The translations under genes and the position numbers were made by a program. This document shows positions 37,991 through 51,435 of a DNA stretch of 64,000 nucleotides, piece by piece. The stretch comes from Botryllus schlosseri. Taxonomy: Eukaryota. Where the stretch lies: assembly GCA_051294905.1 (NCBI GenBank), contig CM119373.1, positions 8,804,001 through 8,868,000 of the forward strand, read 5' to 3'. Each line of letters opens with the position of its first letter. The stretch's first letter is position 1. The notes beneath the pieces are model-generated. The model searched no databases, was not told the DNA's origin, and saw nothing but the letters and a program-made list of their open reading frames with translations.

Positions 37991-40900
37991 AAGATTATCA
38001 CAATAAATGTGAACGGAGCAAACAAACACTGGAAGGACCTCACCTACTTTGTTACCCAAACTAACGCAGACATCTATTGTATACAAGAAATCCACAGACT
38101 TGAGGAACAAAAATTAGCGTCATGGACAATCAAAAACGGGTACACGCACTACAAAAACTTCCTCTCCTGTACAGATATAAGTAACGACAACCAAAAAGGA
38201 AGATACTATAAAGGAACAGCTATCTTACTCAAACAAGAAGTAGTGATGAAGCGAAGCACAGAACACGTTATCCTCATCCAAGATCGCGCCCAACTAGTTA
38301 AAATAAAAACGGGAGACAGTGAAGAACCACTAAATATAGTGAACATCTATGCCCCTCCATCCGGACGCAAAGCGCAAAATATCTTCTTCGTGGAGCTTGT
38401 ACTACATCTCAGAGAACTCAAAGGCCCTACAATCATTGGCGGAGACTTCAATATGATAACAGATAGTCGAGACAGGGAAATACAGAAGAACATCTTCAAA
38501 CTAGAAAAAGCTGGCCAAACTTGGAAAGCATACGTAGACCAGTACAACCTAGTAGATATCTTCAGATGGAGAAACCCTTCAAAGAAAATTTTTACGAGTA
38601 ACGCTCGACTTAACTCCCGAAGGATCGACAGGATATACGTCAGCAATGACATAGCACTACAAACCAACTCGGTGACATACAATATAAATGCGATCTCGGA
38701 TCACATCTACTATGAAAAGCTTGATATAAAACCCATACTCCAACCCAAATGGGGAATGGGTTCCTGGAAGAATAATACCTCCCATTACGGAAATAAAAAC
38801 TTCCAAGCTGAACTCAAAAATATACACAACCAGTTCACCATAAGAAAATACGAATATCCCACCCACGCTCTGTGGTGGGACGACTTTAAAAAGAAAGTGA
38901 AGAAAGCCTCTATATCTCCTACGGAATAACTGAACGAAAGAAAAAACAAGAACATCAAACCAACCTAAACAGGAGACTAGAGAAAGAAGATACAACGCCC
39001 CAAGAAAGGAGGAACATATTAAAAACACTGAAAAACATTGAAAAAGAAAAGACAAACCTTCACATGAAACTTCTCTATAAAGAAGAAATGGAGGAAGGTG
39101 AAAAGCCAACGCATCTCTTCTTCGAAAAGCTGAAAACAAAAAAACTCAAGAAAACAATCACTAGACTGAAAACCTTTTCTGGTGCAATAACCGAAAAAAA
39201 GGAAGAAATAATTGGAAACATACACCGCTTCTATAAAGATCTATGGTGCAACCAAAATAATCTCGATGTAACCCTACAACATAAGTTAATAGAAAAGATA
39301 ACAAGAACTCTGCAAGATGAAGATAGACAGCAACAAGATCTAGCTATCTCAGAGGAGGAAATAAAAAACGCCCTTCGGGACCAAAAGAACAACCATACCC
39401 CTGGCCCCGATGGCCTCTCAGCTGAATTCTACACCTCCTTCTACCATCTTTTGAAAGATGATCTCGTTCAACTATTCAATAATGCCCTTCTATTCAGCAG
39501 CATTGCAGAGTCTTGGAGTAACTCGGTAGTAAGCCTAATATTCAAGAAAGGAGATCACGCTGAAATGAAAAATTGGAGACCAATCTCCCTGACCAACGTG
39601 GATTATAAACTCCTTATGAGAATAGTGGCAAACAGACTAAAGCTACAATTAGATCAGCTCATATCCCAACAACAGAAATGTGCGGTACCAGGGAGACAGA
39701 TGTCTGACATCCTAAGAAATATCAAATCAGCTTATGATTACCATAAGATGAAAGAAAACCCGATTATTATCGCAAACTTCGATCAGGAGAAAGCCTTTGA
39801 TCGGGTACCACACGTATACATGCTTAAGATCCTAGAAAAATTCAACTTCGGTATACGAGTGAGAAACCTCATCAAAATACTATACAAAAATGCAAAAAGC
39901 CGTATTGAAGTCAACGGACATCTAACCGAGGAAATCCCACTCGAAAGAGGATTACGACAAGGATGCCCGTTATCCATGTGTCTATATACAATCACAGCAG
40001 AACCCCTGATGCTTAGTATCCTGGAAAACAGTAACATACAAGGATGCAAAATTGGACCTCACATCATGAAAATTCAGCAATACGCGGATGATGTAACAAT
40101 CATCACAACAGACCTTAAATCAATAGAAGAATCCTTAAACGAATTTACCCGCCTCGAAAAAGCTACTGGTCAAAAACTCAACAAAGAAAAAACGAAAATA
40201 CTATGCATCGGTAGGATAACAGACTGCAGAAGAGCACAGGAATTCAGAGACAATATTAAAGAGAGCATCAAAGTTCTAGGACAACACTTCGGGAAAGAAA
40301 ACCAGGGAACCTCATGGAATGAGACAGCTGAGAAAATAAAGAAAAATCTATCCGGCAACAGACATCGAAACCTCACCTGGCTCGGCAAAAGAAACATTAT
40401 CAATACAAACATAACATCGATCATAACGTTCTTTGCCAGAACAAGTCTGCCAACCTCTCAAACTGCAGCGGTAATCTCGAAAACCATCTTTGACTACCTT
40501 TGGGCACCAGAAAAAATCGAAATTATACGCAGAAGCAAACTGATAAGGGAAATCAAAGACGGAGGTATGAATATCCTTCACGTCCAGAGTAGGCTAAAGG
40601 CCTGTGTGCTGGAAAAGATCGCTATACTATCACGACTTAACCAACCCACCGAATATTGGCACTTCCATGCTCTATATCAGGGGTCACCAACACGCGGCCC
40701 GCGGGCCGCATGCGGCCCGCGAGGTCATATTTTGCGGCCCGCAGCCCGATTTGGAGAAATTTTGGAAGAACGCTCAGCGAACCATTTCGAAATGCCGAAA
40801 TTGATTTCAGTTTAAACATATTGTTGTTGTTGTTGTTGTTGTTGTTCAAAGTAAGTCATTCTACTGTGCCCAATATCACTGTTCCTTCGGTTCGGCATGG

Positions 40901-43035
40901 TAATATCATTCTATGCTGGAGGAATAGTTTGCTGATATGAATGCGCATAATACCTTGGCGTGCAATGGCCAACCACTGCCAAGACCGGGAGGCTTGATAA
41001 ACGACTTCGGGCTCTACAAGAGACCATGCTTTACGAGTAGATAGTTTTCCAGCAAATAGGGTACCTTGCCTATAACTAACCCCAATATCGATTCTTTAAT
41101 CCTGGGGCGGCCAATCTGCGGCAGTAGAAGAAAAATTATGCCGTCGTCGACACTCAATTCAATTAGGATGTGTTGGCGGCTGTCAATATTATGCGAATTT
41201 AATTTACGAATTGACTTCCTAATTAATGAGAGATTTGAAATATTCTTGAAATTTTATTCGCGCTGCGCGCGCGTCAATGCGAGTTCATTTTTGATATTAA
41301 TATAGCAGTGTCCATTGTAATCTGAGCCCCACCGTACAGATTCGAACAGCAAAGAAAAATTATGCTCCCCATAAAGAAATACCAATTTTTGATCGTGTTC
41401 TCCTCATCATGAATTAATTTTTTTTTCTGGTTGGCCTGCGTTTGGGCGAATCCAATATATTTCCACTATAACGACAATTTTAATGGGAGGTCAAGAAATA
41501 CCTGCATGCAACATAGGAGACTAATGAGAATTGGCCCACTCAAAGATGCACCACAGCAATAATAACTTCTCTAAGTTTTTGAAGACACCCCCTGCATAAA
41601 CTCTACCGGTGAATCTGATCACATGGGCCGAGAAAGGATGAATTTCTGATAGTAATATGTGAAACAATACTAATAATACATTGACGAAATCCATTCATGA
41701 ACATGAAAAAAATTTCGCGCTTCGCGCGACTACAGTATACGAATCCCTGTTGCTCATCTTCACAACATGACTATATTCACGATCTCGGTGCCCATAGTAA
41801 GCCGATATGAGTAAATAGATTTGTCCGGAGTGTACCAGCAATAGACATGGTGAGTTTAATGTAGATATTTGGCCCCAGCTTGTTTATTACCACTATGCAC
41901 CGGAATGCGGCCGCGGGCTACATGAGTAATCGAAATGCGACCGTGAATAGCAAAAAGGTTGGCCACCCCTGTTTTGGTTGCTACACAGAGTGTTGTCGGG
42001 TATCGTGCACAGCTCATAGTTCAAAATATAATGAAATTGATGAGCATGATATTTTTTTTGTATTTGTGTTTGTTCAATAAAATATTATTCATTTTGCGAT
42101 GACTATGCCCATCGTCCATGTAAGAGAGCACAGCATTGTACTTATGTAGGGTTATCACACGTGATTGATAAGCTGCGTTGGCTATGTTAATCTCGATATT
42201 GAAGTCATGCGGCCCGCGGCCTATAGGAATTTTGAAAAGTGGCCCGCGACCCATTTTGAGTTGGCGACCCCTGCTCTATATGAACTCGGACCCTCTATCA
42301 AAAAGTGGAATGAAAACCTATACACAAACAACACACCCCATCTACCCTTCCTCACAAAAACATGGAGGACCAACATTGAAAATGCCGAGAAACTACAATG
42401 GGGAATCGAGGAGTGGCACACTGCCAGCCTAAAGGACATATACATTGAAATAAAAAAAACACATGAAAATATGGACCAAGGAGACGAGCTGGAAATAAAA
42501 TGGATCTCTATTCAGATGAAGAATAAATACCTAGCTTCACTGTTAAAAAACAAAGAGAGAATAACAACCTACCGTGTAGCGAGAGAGGGATATCTTTTCG
42601 GGTGGAAACGAAAAGCAATGGGGTTCCTTGGACACAGAACAGGAAGGTGCCCTAACTGTATGTAGACAATGTAAACATTATAAAGATACATTAAATCACA
42701 TCTTGTACACCTGCCCATCCTCACGCAGAATCCTAGACAAACTTTCAACGATCCTGACGAAAGCGAGGAAAGCAAACATGCGACTAGACGAAAATTCTCT
42801 CCACGAAAAAAACTGGAACAAGATCGACCTAGCAACCCAATTCATCATAACCATATACAAAGAAAAAGTCGTAAAACACAGAATCAAACTGGATATTGAA
42901 AACAAGATGGAAGAGGACTCAAAGGTATACGAAACCAGGATATACCAAAACACCTGTGCAACAGCGAAAGCAAGATTGGAAGACACGGAGAGCCCTCTAC
43001 CCATGGTGCTCTCCTCCCTGAAAGACCTGCTATGA
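37985..43035 (+). pseudogene. Tx1 ORF2 (endonuclease-RT-zinc finger), interrupted
   Basis: IITINVNG, YCIQEIH, VNIYAP, IIGGDFN, SRRIDRIY, SDH (EN). TPGPDGLSAEFY, NWRPISLTNVDYK, DQEKAFDRV, GLRQGCPLS, YADD (RT). CRQC...TLNHILYTC. Frameshifts at about 38918 and 42655, and a hAT insertion at 40678-42273 that rejoins as HFHALY/ELGPS. Confidence 0.92.
40678..42273. mobile_element. 1.6-kb non-autonomous hAT element inserted in Tx1 ORF2
   Basis: TIR caggggtcaccaac / gttggcgacccctg (13/14), perfect TSD ctctatat, subterminal cggcccgcgggccgca motifs, (TTG)n at about 40821-40845. Confidence 0.93.
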
Positions 43036-43349
43036 ATCGTCTTACATACCCAATTGTTTTTACGTCTATTTTTCTCCCTTGATTATGCTAAATTAACATC
43101 CCTCTTGTCAATAATATGTGCGACATTATTCGGATGCCTTCACAATCCCAATCTCTACCTACAATATAACGCTTTCAAATGATAGGACTAACAGGTTTTT
43201 ACTTTATTCCACTGAATAAATAAATGCAACTAAGAAGCAATGACGAAAATTGCCAAACCTGTCTAAGCAGGTGTTAACCGAAAGTGCAACATGCATGTCT
43301 CCTGAGTCGAGCATGACATACACATTGGCAACAACTGAGCTTCGAAAAA

Positions 43350-46300
43350 AAAAAATATTTATTATAATAAACAAACATAAATATATAGTTTCACATTTGG
43401 GAAATCCCCTATTCTACTCCGTGCGCGTCGCCGCTAGCCAATGTCTTGAACTCTACGTCGATCTCTCTCGTTCTCGGTATGTCAACTGTTAATGTTGTTT
43501 TTCCAGTCCAATTCGGCCATGTCTGCGTACATACTGCCAGGCCACTGTAATAGTTTTGGCTTCTCCATTTCTGCCAATCTGTACAGTGCATCCATGGATT
43601 CCCTTCGCTTTCTAATTCTATGTTGTTTGACGGAGTCGAAGTCCACGATGTTTATACTTTTTTCAAGTTTCATGTGATGATCTCTCTCGTCGTCGAACCA
43701 AATCCGAAGGGATTTTTTGGATCCTCCTTCTTGGCCCAATATCCATAGTTCTGGCTCATCCATTGCCCCTACTTCCGCGTTTGAAGATGTTACTGGTAGG
43801 TATGTTTCGACCACAGTGTCGCGTCGAAACAATTCGCAATAAGGTTGTCCGGAATCAATTCGCCAGGGAGTCTGGAAGCGATACGCATTGAAGCGAATTC
43901 AAGCTCATGACTCTCCTCGGCTCGGGCGCAGGCATTCAGTCTACATTCAGGACTCTGGTGCCCGTCCTGGATTGATCGCCTCTGCTTCGCATCGAATCTG
44001 CTACATCTTATGGTGTAACAAAGTTGAATGCTGTCAGCGACGCCTCAACGAAGTTTTGCGACAGTAACACGATTCTCCCGACAACTATAGATGTCATCAA
44101 GCACTTGAGTACAACGTTCGCGTTGGAGCCGCATTCGATTCTCCGTCTCACCAACGTTCTCGACACTTGTAGAGCTGCCGGACGCCTCCCTACTATTCAA
44201 GGTGATTTATTCTCGTAACTAGCAGATTTGCTGGATGCCTCTGTACGATTGAATGTGATTTATTCTTATCACTAGTATAGACTTGCTGAACGCTTCTCTG
44301 CCATTTTATTTGATTGGTTCTCGCCTGTAGGGTTGGTGAACGCTGCTTCACCATTCAAAGTGATTTATTGAACGTTCGTGTTATCGGAGGTTATAGCTTC
44401 TAATGCGAAAGATATTTGCCATTTAACTATGCCCTTGTGTATTGACATGACTCGGCAGTTCTGAACACTTGTAGAGCTGCTGGACGCCTCTCCACCATTT
44501 AAAGTTGACTTATTCTCATCACTAGTAGAGTTGCCGGACGCCTCTGTATGATTGAATGTGATTTATTCTGATCACTGATATAGATTTGCTCAACGCCTCT
44601 GCCATTGTAATGTGATTTGTTCTCGTCAGTGGGGTTGCTGAACGCTGCTTTACCATTGTAAGTGATTTTTCGAACGTCCGTACGATCCAATACGATGGAC
44701 ATTTTTCATTTATCTTTGCCTTCAATTACTGAAATGATTATTACTCTTGGCATTAGTCGGGATGGAATCGTCGGTACGCCGTTACACCACATTTCTTTGA
44801 CCGAGTCGCTTATCTTGATGACTTCCATCGAACTATTCTTTGTTTCGAAATTGACTGGACGTGATATGCAGACTCGATTGACATTCCCTTTGCACTCTAA
44901 ACCCCATGGTTCTCGGAAGATGTTAAACCACCACGCAGGAACGTTTGATTCCGAATTTATGTGGTCAAGGGTTAGATTGATGTACGCTTCCCGAGTATCA
45001 ACTGCTCTGAACGTGAACTGAGTACATTTACTCCATTGGTGCAATTTTGTTGACTGGGTTCAGTCAAATGGGGGAGTGTTTGCGATTGCGCATCTTTTTT
45101 CCATCCTTTATTTGATAACGTTTTTAGAGGAATCAGTTCGTCCTTCAACTGTCCTTATTTGTATTTCGTGTTTCTACTAAGTGATTTGTACGCTTTTTAG
45201 TGATTTTGATTGTTTGATTACTCTTTGATTATCTTTTCGCTAGTGTATAAATTGGCCTCGTTACCGTTGACCCGGTCTCCATACCATCGAGCAACGGACG
45301 AGCGAGCACTATTGCGAATCTCACTATCTTGTAATAGCATGTTGGTATTCTTAACGCAATTCCGAAGATCACATTGTTTAATATTCGATTTGGATTGCTT
45401 GATTCTGTTGAAATACAAGACTGATACGCAAGGTTAGCGAGTCCATGAGCAGATTCAGCGAAGCAGACAGGGTTCGACGCCTGCTAAATCGGCACTCACG
45501 CCACATCGGAGTGCCGCGTCGAAACAACCCATTCCGTGTCTTCTTGATTTGGTGTTGTAGTGCTGCCTATTTCCGCTTTTTTGAATTTCGCAACTTCAGT
45601 GATTTTTATTTTGTATTCTGCATGTTCAGTTCCTTTCCAGAGGTATCCAGCGACCTTATGCACTCCCATGTCCCCACCGCCGCCTCCGCTAGTTCCGGAA
45701 CTCCTGACAGATGGCTCGCCCCCCATTTTGCCAATCGAGCTGTCTGCCTCCATAGTGTTCCCTGCCGCCTCGCTTCTCGGTGCAGTTCTTTTTGGCTCGG
45801 TCTCTCCGGTATCTTGTGCAGGCCCTGGGCTAGCAGTCCTCCCGCGCTTTCGTTGCTGATTTGCTCCAGTATCGGATGGTGCAGTGTCAGTGTCGCTAGG
45901 TACAGTCTCTGCTTCTCGGGTGGTTCCTGCTCCTTCTTGTGCTCTTACTGCGGCATCTCTCAGTCGTTTGGCAGCTCTTCGCTCGTTCGCGATATTTATA
46001 CACTCCATCGGTATTCTCCTATTTTTCTTCTATTTTTCCGTCTTGACGACGCCAGTATCCTGGTCTGTCTGGTATCCATCCTCTTCTCGTTCTTTGCCTT
46101 GGTATCTCAACACCCAATTTTTTTCCAATCTGTTCCAGCACTTGTCTGTTCGGTGGTGTTTCCCATGGCCTTACTATGTGCACATCTTCGTCCCTCCCAC
46201 TCAGTCTTCCCAACTGTGCTAATTTCCATTCGTTCCTGATATTCTTCTGATACTGTTTGTTAATTCTTCGAATTGTGCTGCCTTTCTGTTTTCTATTTCT

Positions 46301-47150
46301 ATTTCTGACAGTCTCATGTCGCAGTATTCTTCGAATTCTTCTCTTTCTCTGTCTCCTAATTCATCTGTTATTCCCTCCCCTCCTTCATTTGTTCTGCCGT
46401 CTTCCAGTTCATCTTGGTCTAGTTCTATGTCAGAGTCCTCATCTCTGTATTGATATTCTTCTTCATTTTGTATTTCGTCAGTTACGTCCGTTGTGCTGTC
46501 TTCTGTCACCCCGTCTCCCAGTTCTTTCAGTGCTGCTGTATCTTCTGAGAATATTATTGGTGCCATTATGTCTCTTATTGATTGTTCATACTCCACAATG
46601 TCGTTATAGTCTGACTCTCCATTTTCGTCCGTTACAAATATTTCATTCAGTGTTGGTCCCAGTATTGTTCCTTCTCCTGCTGTAGTCTTAATCTCTGCGA
46701 TTTTTTTCTGTGCCCATCTGTATGTTTGTTCTCTTATCGAGTCCAAACTCGTTTCTCCTATGAGCCCCAATGCTTCCTGGAATTGTTTCATTCCTGGTAC
46801 TCCATTCTGATCTCTTATTGGCGTTTCCACTGTTAGATCGTGTATCCTTTTTCTTGCATTTCCGAATGCCCCCACCCATCCTTCATTTCTTCTGTCTTTT
46901 GCTTCTTGTAATTCTGCTCTGTGCTTTACTGCTCTTGATCTCCATCCCCCAAATATATTGTTTTGCATGTATCTTCCTATTTTTCTCATTTCACTTTTGT
47001 TTACTCCCAGTTTTTTCAGTCCTTCATTTAGTTCAGGGATTCTCAGCCCTTTCTCGGCCGTGGCTCATTTTCCGGTTTGAAAATCTGCTGTGGCCCACCT
47101 CTTATCTTAGAGACCCGATCCTGCCCGGTGAGGGTTATAAATGTCGACAA
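43350..47150 (-). other. Unclassified degenerate multi-ORF segment with purine-rich sense strand, possibly viral
   Basis: Co-oriented ORFs 46219-46989 (acidic), 46019-46213, 45496-46008 (disordered, KRGR, GGGGG), 44706-45044 and 43482-43832. No introns evident. TATA-like tttataa at about 47116-47122 and AATAAA near 43360. Confidence 0.4.
44155..44680. repeat. Two ~220-bp direct repeats built from ~48-bp subunits
   Basis: Copies at about 44155-44375 and 44462-44680. Minus-strand subunit resembles gagaataaatcacattcaat...gaggcgtccggcaactctactagt. Confidence 0.75.
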
Positions 47151-47329
47151 ATCTCATGCATATTTTGCCTTTGAGGATATATTCCTCTAAATCTAAATGA
47201 GACATTTAGAGAAAATCGGTAAACTTTTAGAGCAATCGAAAATCGCTCATGCATTCCTTACGGCTATAAGGGCGACAATTTAGTTAGTGCTTAGAGCGCG
47301 TGTTATATTTGTCGACCAATGATTACATC

Positions 47330-49928
47330 GCGGGTAATTATGTTAGTCGGGCGCCGTTTCGCTGCGATCCTATCGTGCAACACCTCACATTACAATTCAA
47401 TACCTATGTTAACGTATAATATCATAAGAGCCTCGCGACACGTCGCCCTTCACAAATAAGGATCCCTATCGTACGACATACAGCAATGTGTATAACAGTT
47501 AGATAGTTATCGGGTTCGCTTTCTCGGTAAGAATGAAATGCAATAGTATCTTATAAGATAAAGGTTGGTTCAAGTTAGCGTCACGTAGTGAATGAAAGAA
47601 AGCGGCAAACTTTGTATTGCATTCATTAGCTTTTTTAGGTTGATCCCGTCTTTGGTTGATTTAGGTTGATCCCGTCCTAGTACCGTAGCGTTCATAGATA
47701 ATACGGTAAGAAATCGCCATCTCATATTACGCTTAGGACTCGTTAAATGTGGTAGTCGTTGCGCTAGCCCTGCGATTAATTCAAACTAACGTATGTAAGC
47801 AATGGATGACACGGCTGCAACTTGATTTAATGACTACTATAGTGAAATAAACCCACCAATATCATCTGTACTCTATATACACGTAGTCCATTTACGCTTT
47901 TGGATGACTATTGGCATATTTGTCAGATGAATTGACTCGGGTCTCTTTGCAAAAATGAATATAGTTGAAGGGACTTTTTACTATGCGCTTCTACAATACA
48001 TAAATATTCAATACTATAATATCCATATATTAGAGTCTATCTCCAGTCCTTGAAGGGACACTACACTCGAATCAAGTCTAGGATGTTCTATCGCAAGACA
48101 TACATGAATATATTTGATCCTACGATATTCATGCATTGCATATGACGGTTGCATCGGTATCGGGTTCGTTTCTCTGGTAACAATCAAAGTCAATGGCACG
48201 TACCGACACGTCTCCTCCCATCAAAAGGTTGGTAACCGGTCAATAGCCTACTCATCAAACAATTACCGAGAACGCAATAATAGAGAATGGAATTTGCCGA
48301 GAACGTCCACCATAGTGAATAGGCAATACAGATTATGGACGCCACCGAGAATGGACATTCCGATAATGGACACCACCGAGAATAGACAATACATAGAATG
48401 GACATTACCAAGTATTGACACCATCGAGAAATTACATCACAAAGAACGGAGATTAATGAGAATGGACATCACCGAGTATAGACATTTCCGAGAATGGCCA
48501 ACGTAGGGATATGCATTGCATACTAGTAGAACATACATGCATCAAATTGTCAATTGACTTATACTAACAGCTTACACTAACAGCTTACAATGATGAGACG
48601 TGGCGGGAGCATAGCGTAGTGACATGTCGCCATTCATCGTTAAGGATGGGCACGTGTCAATACCGTGCAAACCATTACCGATCATGCAAATATTGAAAAT
48701 TGGCACCACCATGAATAGACAATGCTGGTTATGGACACGATCGAGAATGGACAATACCGAGAATGAACAATACCGAGAATGGACACCACCGAGAATGGCC
48801 AATACATAGAATGGACATTACCGAGAATTGACACCATCGAGAAAATACACTACTAAGAACGGAGATTACCGAAAATGGACATCGCCGAATATGGACATGA
48901 CCGGGAATGTCCAACGCGGACAATATAAGTTAATGAGACGGGCGTGATCGATAGATTCCTATTTCAAACCGCCAATTATTTCGTATAATAATTGACATTC
49001 GGACCGAATAACACGTATCAGAACACTGCACCTCTCACAGCACTTATCTCACAAAAAATAATTTTAAGTAGTATCGATGTTGGATAATATGCTCGTAAAG
49101 TATGAAAAATGGACTTAGTCGCAACCGGGTTTGTAATGAATCGACTAGAGACGCGATTTATTGATGACTCAAATTGACCCAAGTTATTTTCTGCAAAGAC
49201 GGAACTGACTCGAATCGAGTCAATATCTTTGTTGACCCTCATTGGACTCGAGTCATTTCGCATGACTAGCCACTCATACGGCAAGACCGATGTTTGATTT
49301 CATTATTAATATCGTGATGGTGGCGCTTATCACGGCACAGGTTTGGTGCGCCACTTCTATACTAGTTATTACAATGAATTTGCATTATCCAAATATATAC
49401 AGTATATAGCTCAGTACGTTTGGTATACCAACATGTACATTAAATATACGGAGCTAGCCGCCAATGTACAAACACGAGATCAACATATTTGGTTATATAA
49501 ATATTGGATGTACATGTTTTAGCTATACTATATAAACCGTCCCGAAGATATCACGAACTGTACAACATCATCCTAATAACAAGGGTTGGTTCAAGTTAGC
49601 ATCACATAGTGAATGAAAGAAAGCGGCAAAGTTTGCGGGTAATTATATTTGTGGGGCCCCGTTACGCTGCGATCCTATCGTTCGACGCCTCACATTGCAA
49701 TTCAATACCTTAGTTAACGTATAATATCATAAGAGCGTCGCCCTTCACCAATAAGGATCCCTGTCGTACGACATACAGCAATGTATATAACGGTTAGATA
49801 GTTATCGGGTTCGCTTTCTCGGTAAGAATGAAATGCAATGGTATATTATATAATTATAAGGGTTAGTTCAAGTTAGCAGCACGTATTGAATGAAATAAAG
49901 CGGCAAACTTTGTGTTGTATACATTAGC
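47330..49928. repeat. Unclassified repeat: ~300-bp direct repeats (47330-47630, 49635-49928) around a core with accgagaatggacatt minisatellites
   Basis: Direct repeats share tcgggttcgctttctcggtaagaatgaaatgcaat. Core 47700-48930 recurs, diverged, at about 60970-62460. Confidence 0.75.
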
Positions 49929-50120
49929 TATTATATACGTTACTCCCGTCTTAGTAGCTATTAAGGGTAGTGTACACTGAGAATAAGCTAAGCTAAGCTA
50001 AACTAAGCTAAATTAAGTGAGGCGAAGCTGAGGTTCACACTGCCAGCGTAAACTGTACTCAGTCAGGCGTCACTGAGATCAGCTGATTGTTCGCGCCTAA
50101 CAACAAACATTCGCGGCACG

Positions 50121-51435
50121 ATGTCTATTACGGCTGTGATTTTGCAATCTGCAACAATGGATCCGGAGGTACTGATAGAATCGGTAAGGCAATTCCCAGC
50201 GCTGTATTTAAAGTCACACAAATCGTATAGTGACAAAGTGGCTAAGCAAAACTGCTGGGAACGCGTGAGCCGGGACCTACAATTTCCAGGTAATTATAAA
50301 AAAACGAGTACAGTACTTCGAACTACTCACCAATTGCTTTGCTTATTTTTTCTCATAGTTGATGAATGTAAAAAAAAATGGAAATATCTCCGTGATAAAT
50401 TACGACGAGAGAAAAATAATATGGAAAAACAAACCAGATCTGGTTCGGGAAAGTCAAACTACAGGCCGTGGCAGTTGATGCCAATGTTTGATTTTCTATG
50501 GATGCAGTTGTTGAAATCCGAAGGTAAATGACTATTAGTTACGGTACTGATTTATTTCCTATCATGAAATAAATTCATATGCTTATTCCAGCACATATTC
50601 AAACGTCGACGATAATTGTAGTGAAGAACAGGATTCCCTGGAGGATACACATAATGCCGTCGATACACATGACCCCATGGATACACATGACCCACTAGTT
50701 ACTTTGAACCTGACTGAAGTTCTGAATGGCGGTTTGCAGAATCAAGGTTAGTACAACATTTAAGCTTCATATAACATAAAAGACGTCTGTCAAGACCAAT
50801 GTTCCCTCTAATTTTTGACGAGTCTGCGCACACTCACCAACTCACTGCGCATACCCTTGAACAACAGTACGTAAATACCAAAAAAAGGTCATCACTTCAG
50901 ATTTTTTGTGCGCAACTTTGATTTTCTGTGCACAGAAACCGTATCAGCGATGCGCATTTGCGCAGCTTAGGGGGAACATTGGAAAAGACTTTAGTTACCA
51001 GCAGCTCAGTTCAGTTACAAATATTATTTGTGAATACCCTGTCAAATTATATTTCGTTATGTGTATAGAATAGATGTATAGGCCTATTATGTGCCTATCA
51101 CTCTACAGGACCATTGCATTCTGGAGATCCAGCGCCATCGTTGCCAAGTGATTGCAGCACGCCATTAAGCAAACTGGTTCCAGGAAAGCAAAACAAACGT
51201 GACTCACAGTCATCAGATCGTGAGCGAACCATTCTTTCTGCGATTGGTTCAATCTTATTTATGAAAAAATATCCTGATTGCATCTAGTTTAATTTTTGTA
51301 GATGAGAAAGAAGACGAAGTTGACTTATTCGCACGCGTGCTTGCACCGCTCTTGAGAAGTATCAATCCAGAGAAAAGGCTGAAAGTGGAAATTGAAATTA
51401 TGAAAGTAGTTGTAGAAAATAGAAGTGAAGATTAG
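50121..51435 (+). pseudogene. MADF-BESS partner gene of a Harbinger element, multi-exon
   Basis: MDPEVLIESVRQFPALY...QNCWERVS. 69-nt GT-AG intron at 50290-50358, then VDECKKKWKYLRDK. Last exon is BESS-like: DEVDLFARVLAPLLRSINPEKRLKVEIEIMK. Intactness of middle exons not verified. Confidence 0.8.
50797..50981. mobile_element. ~185-bp hAT MITE, second copy at 58868-59061
   Basis: TIR caatgttccctcta / tagggggaacattg. Degenerate TSD gtcaagac / gaaaagac. Shared internal sequence in both copies. Confidence 0.8.

Larger units (their letters stand above)
37352..43225 (+). mobile_element. 5'-truncated Tx1-clade (L1-like) non-LTR retrotransposon
   Basis: ORF1 remnant with two CCHC knuckles, then ORF2 with APE endonuclease, RT and C-terminal CCHC. 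3' end at aataaataaat about 43215-43225. Confidence 0.9.

Noticed and set aside
45445-47174. Plus-strand hydrophobic ORFs (45445..46239, 46257..46685, 46770..47174)
   Set aside because: These are antisense shadows of purine-rich minus-strand ORFs. The F/L/S richness is compositional.
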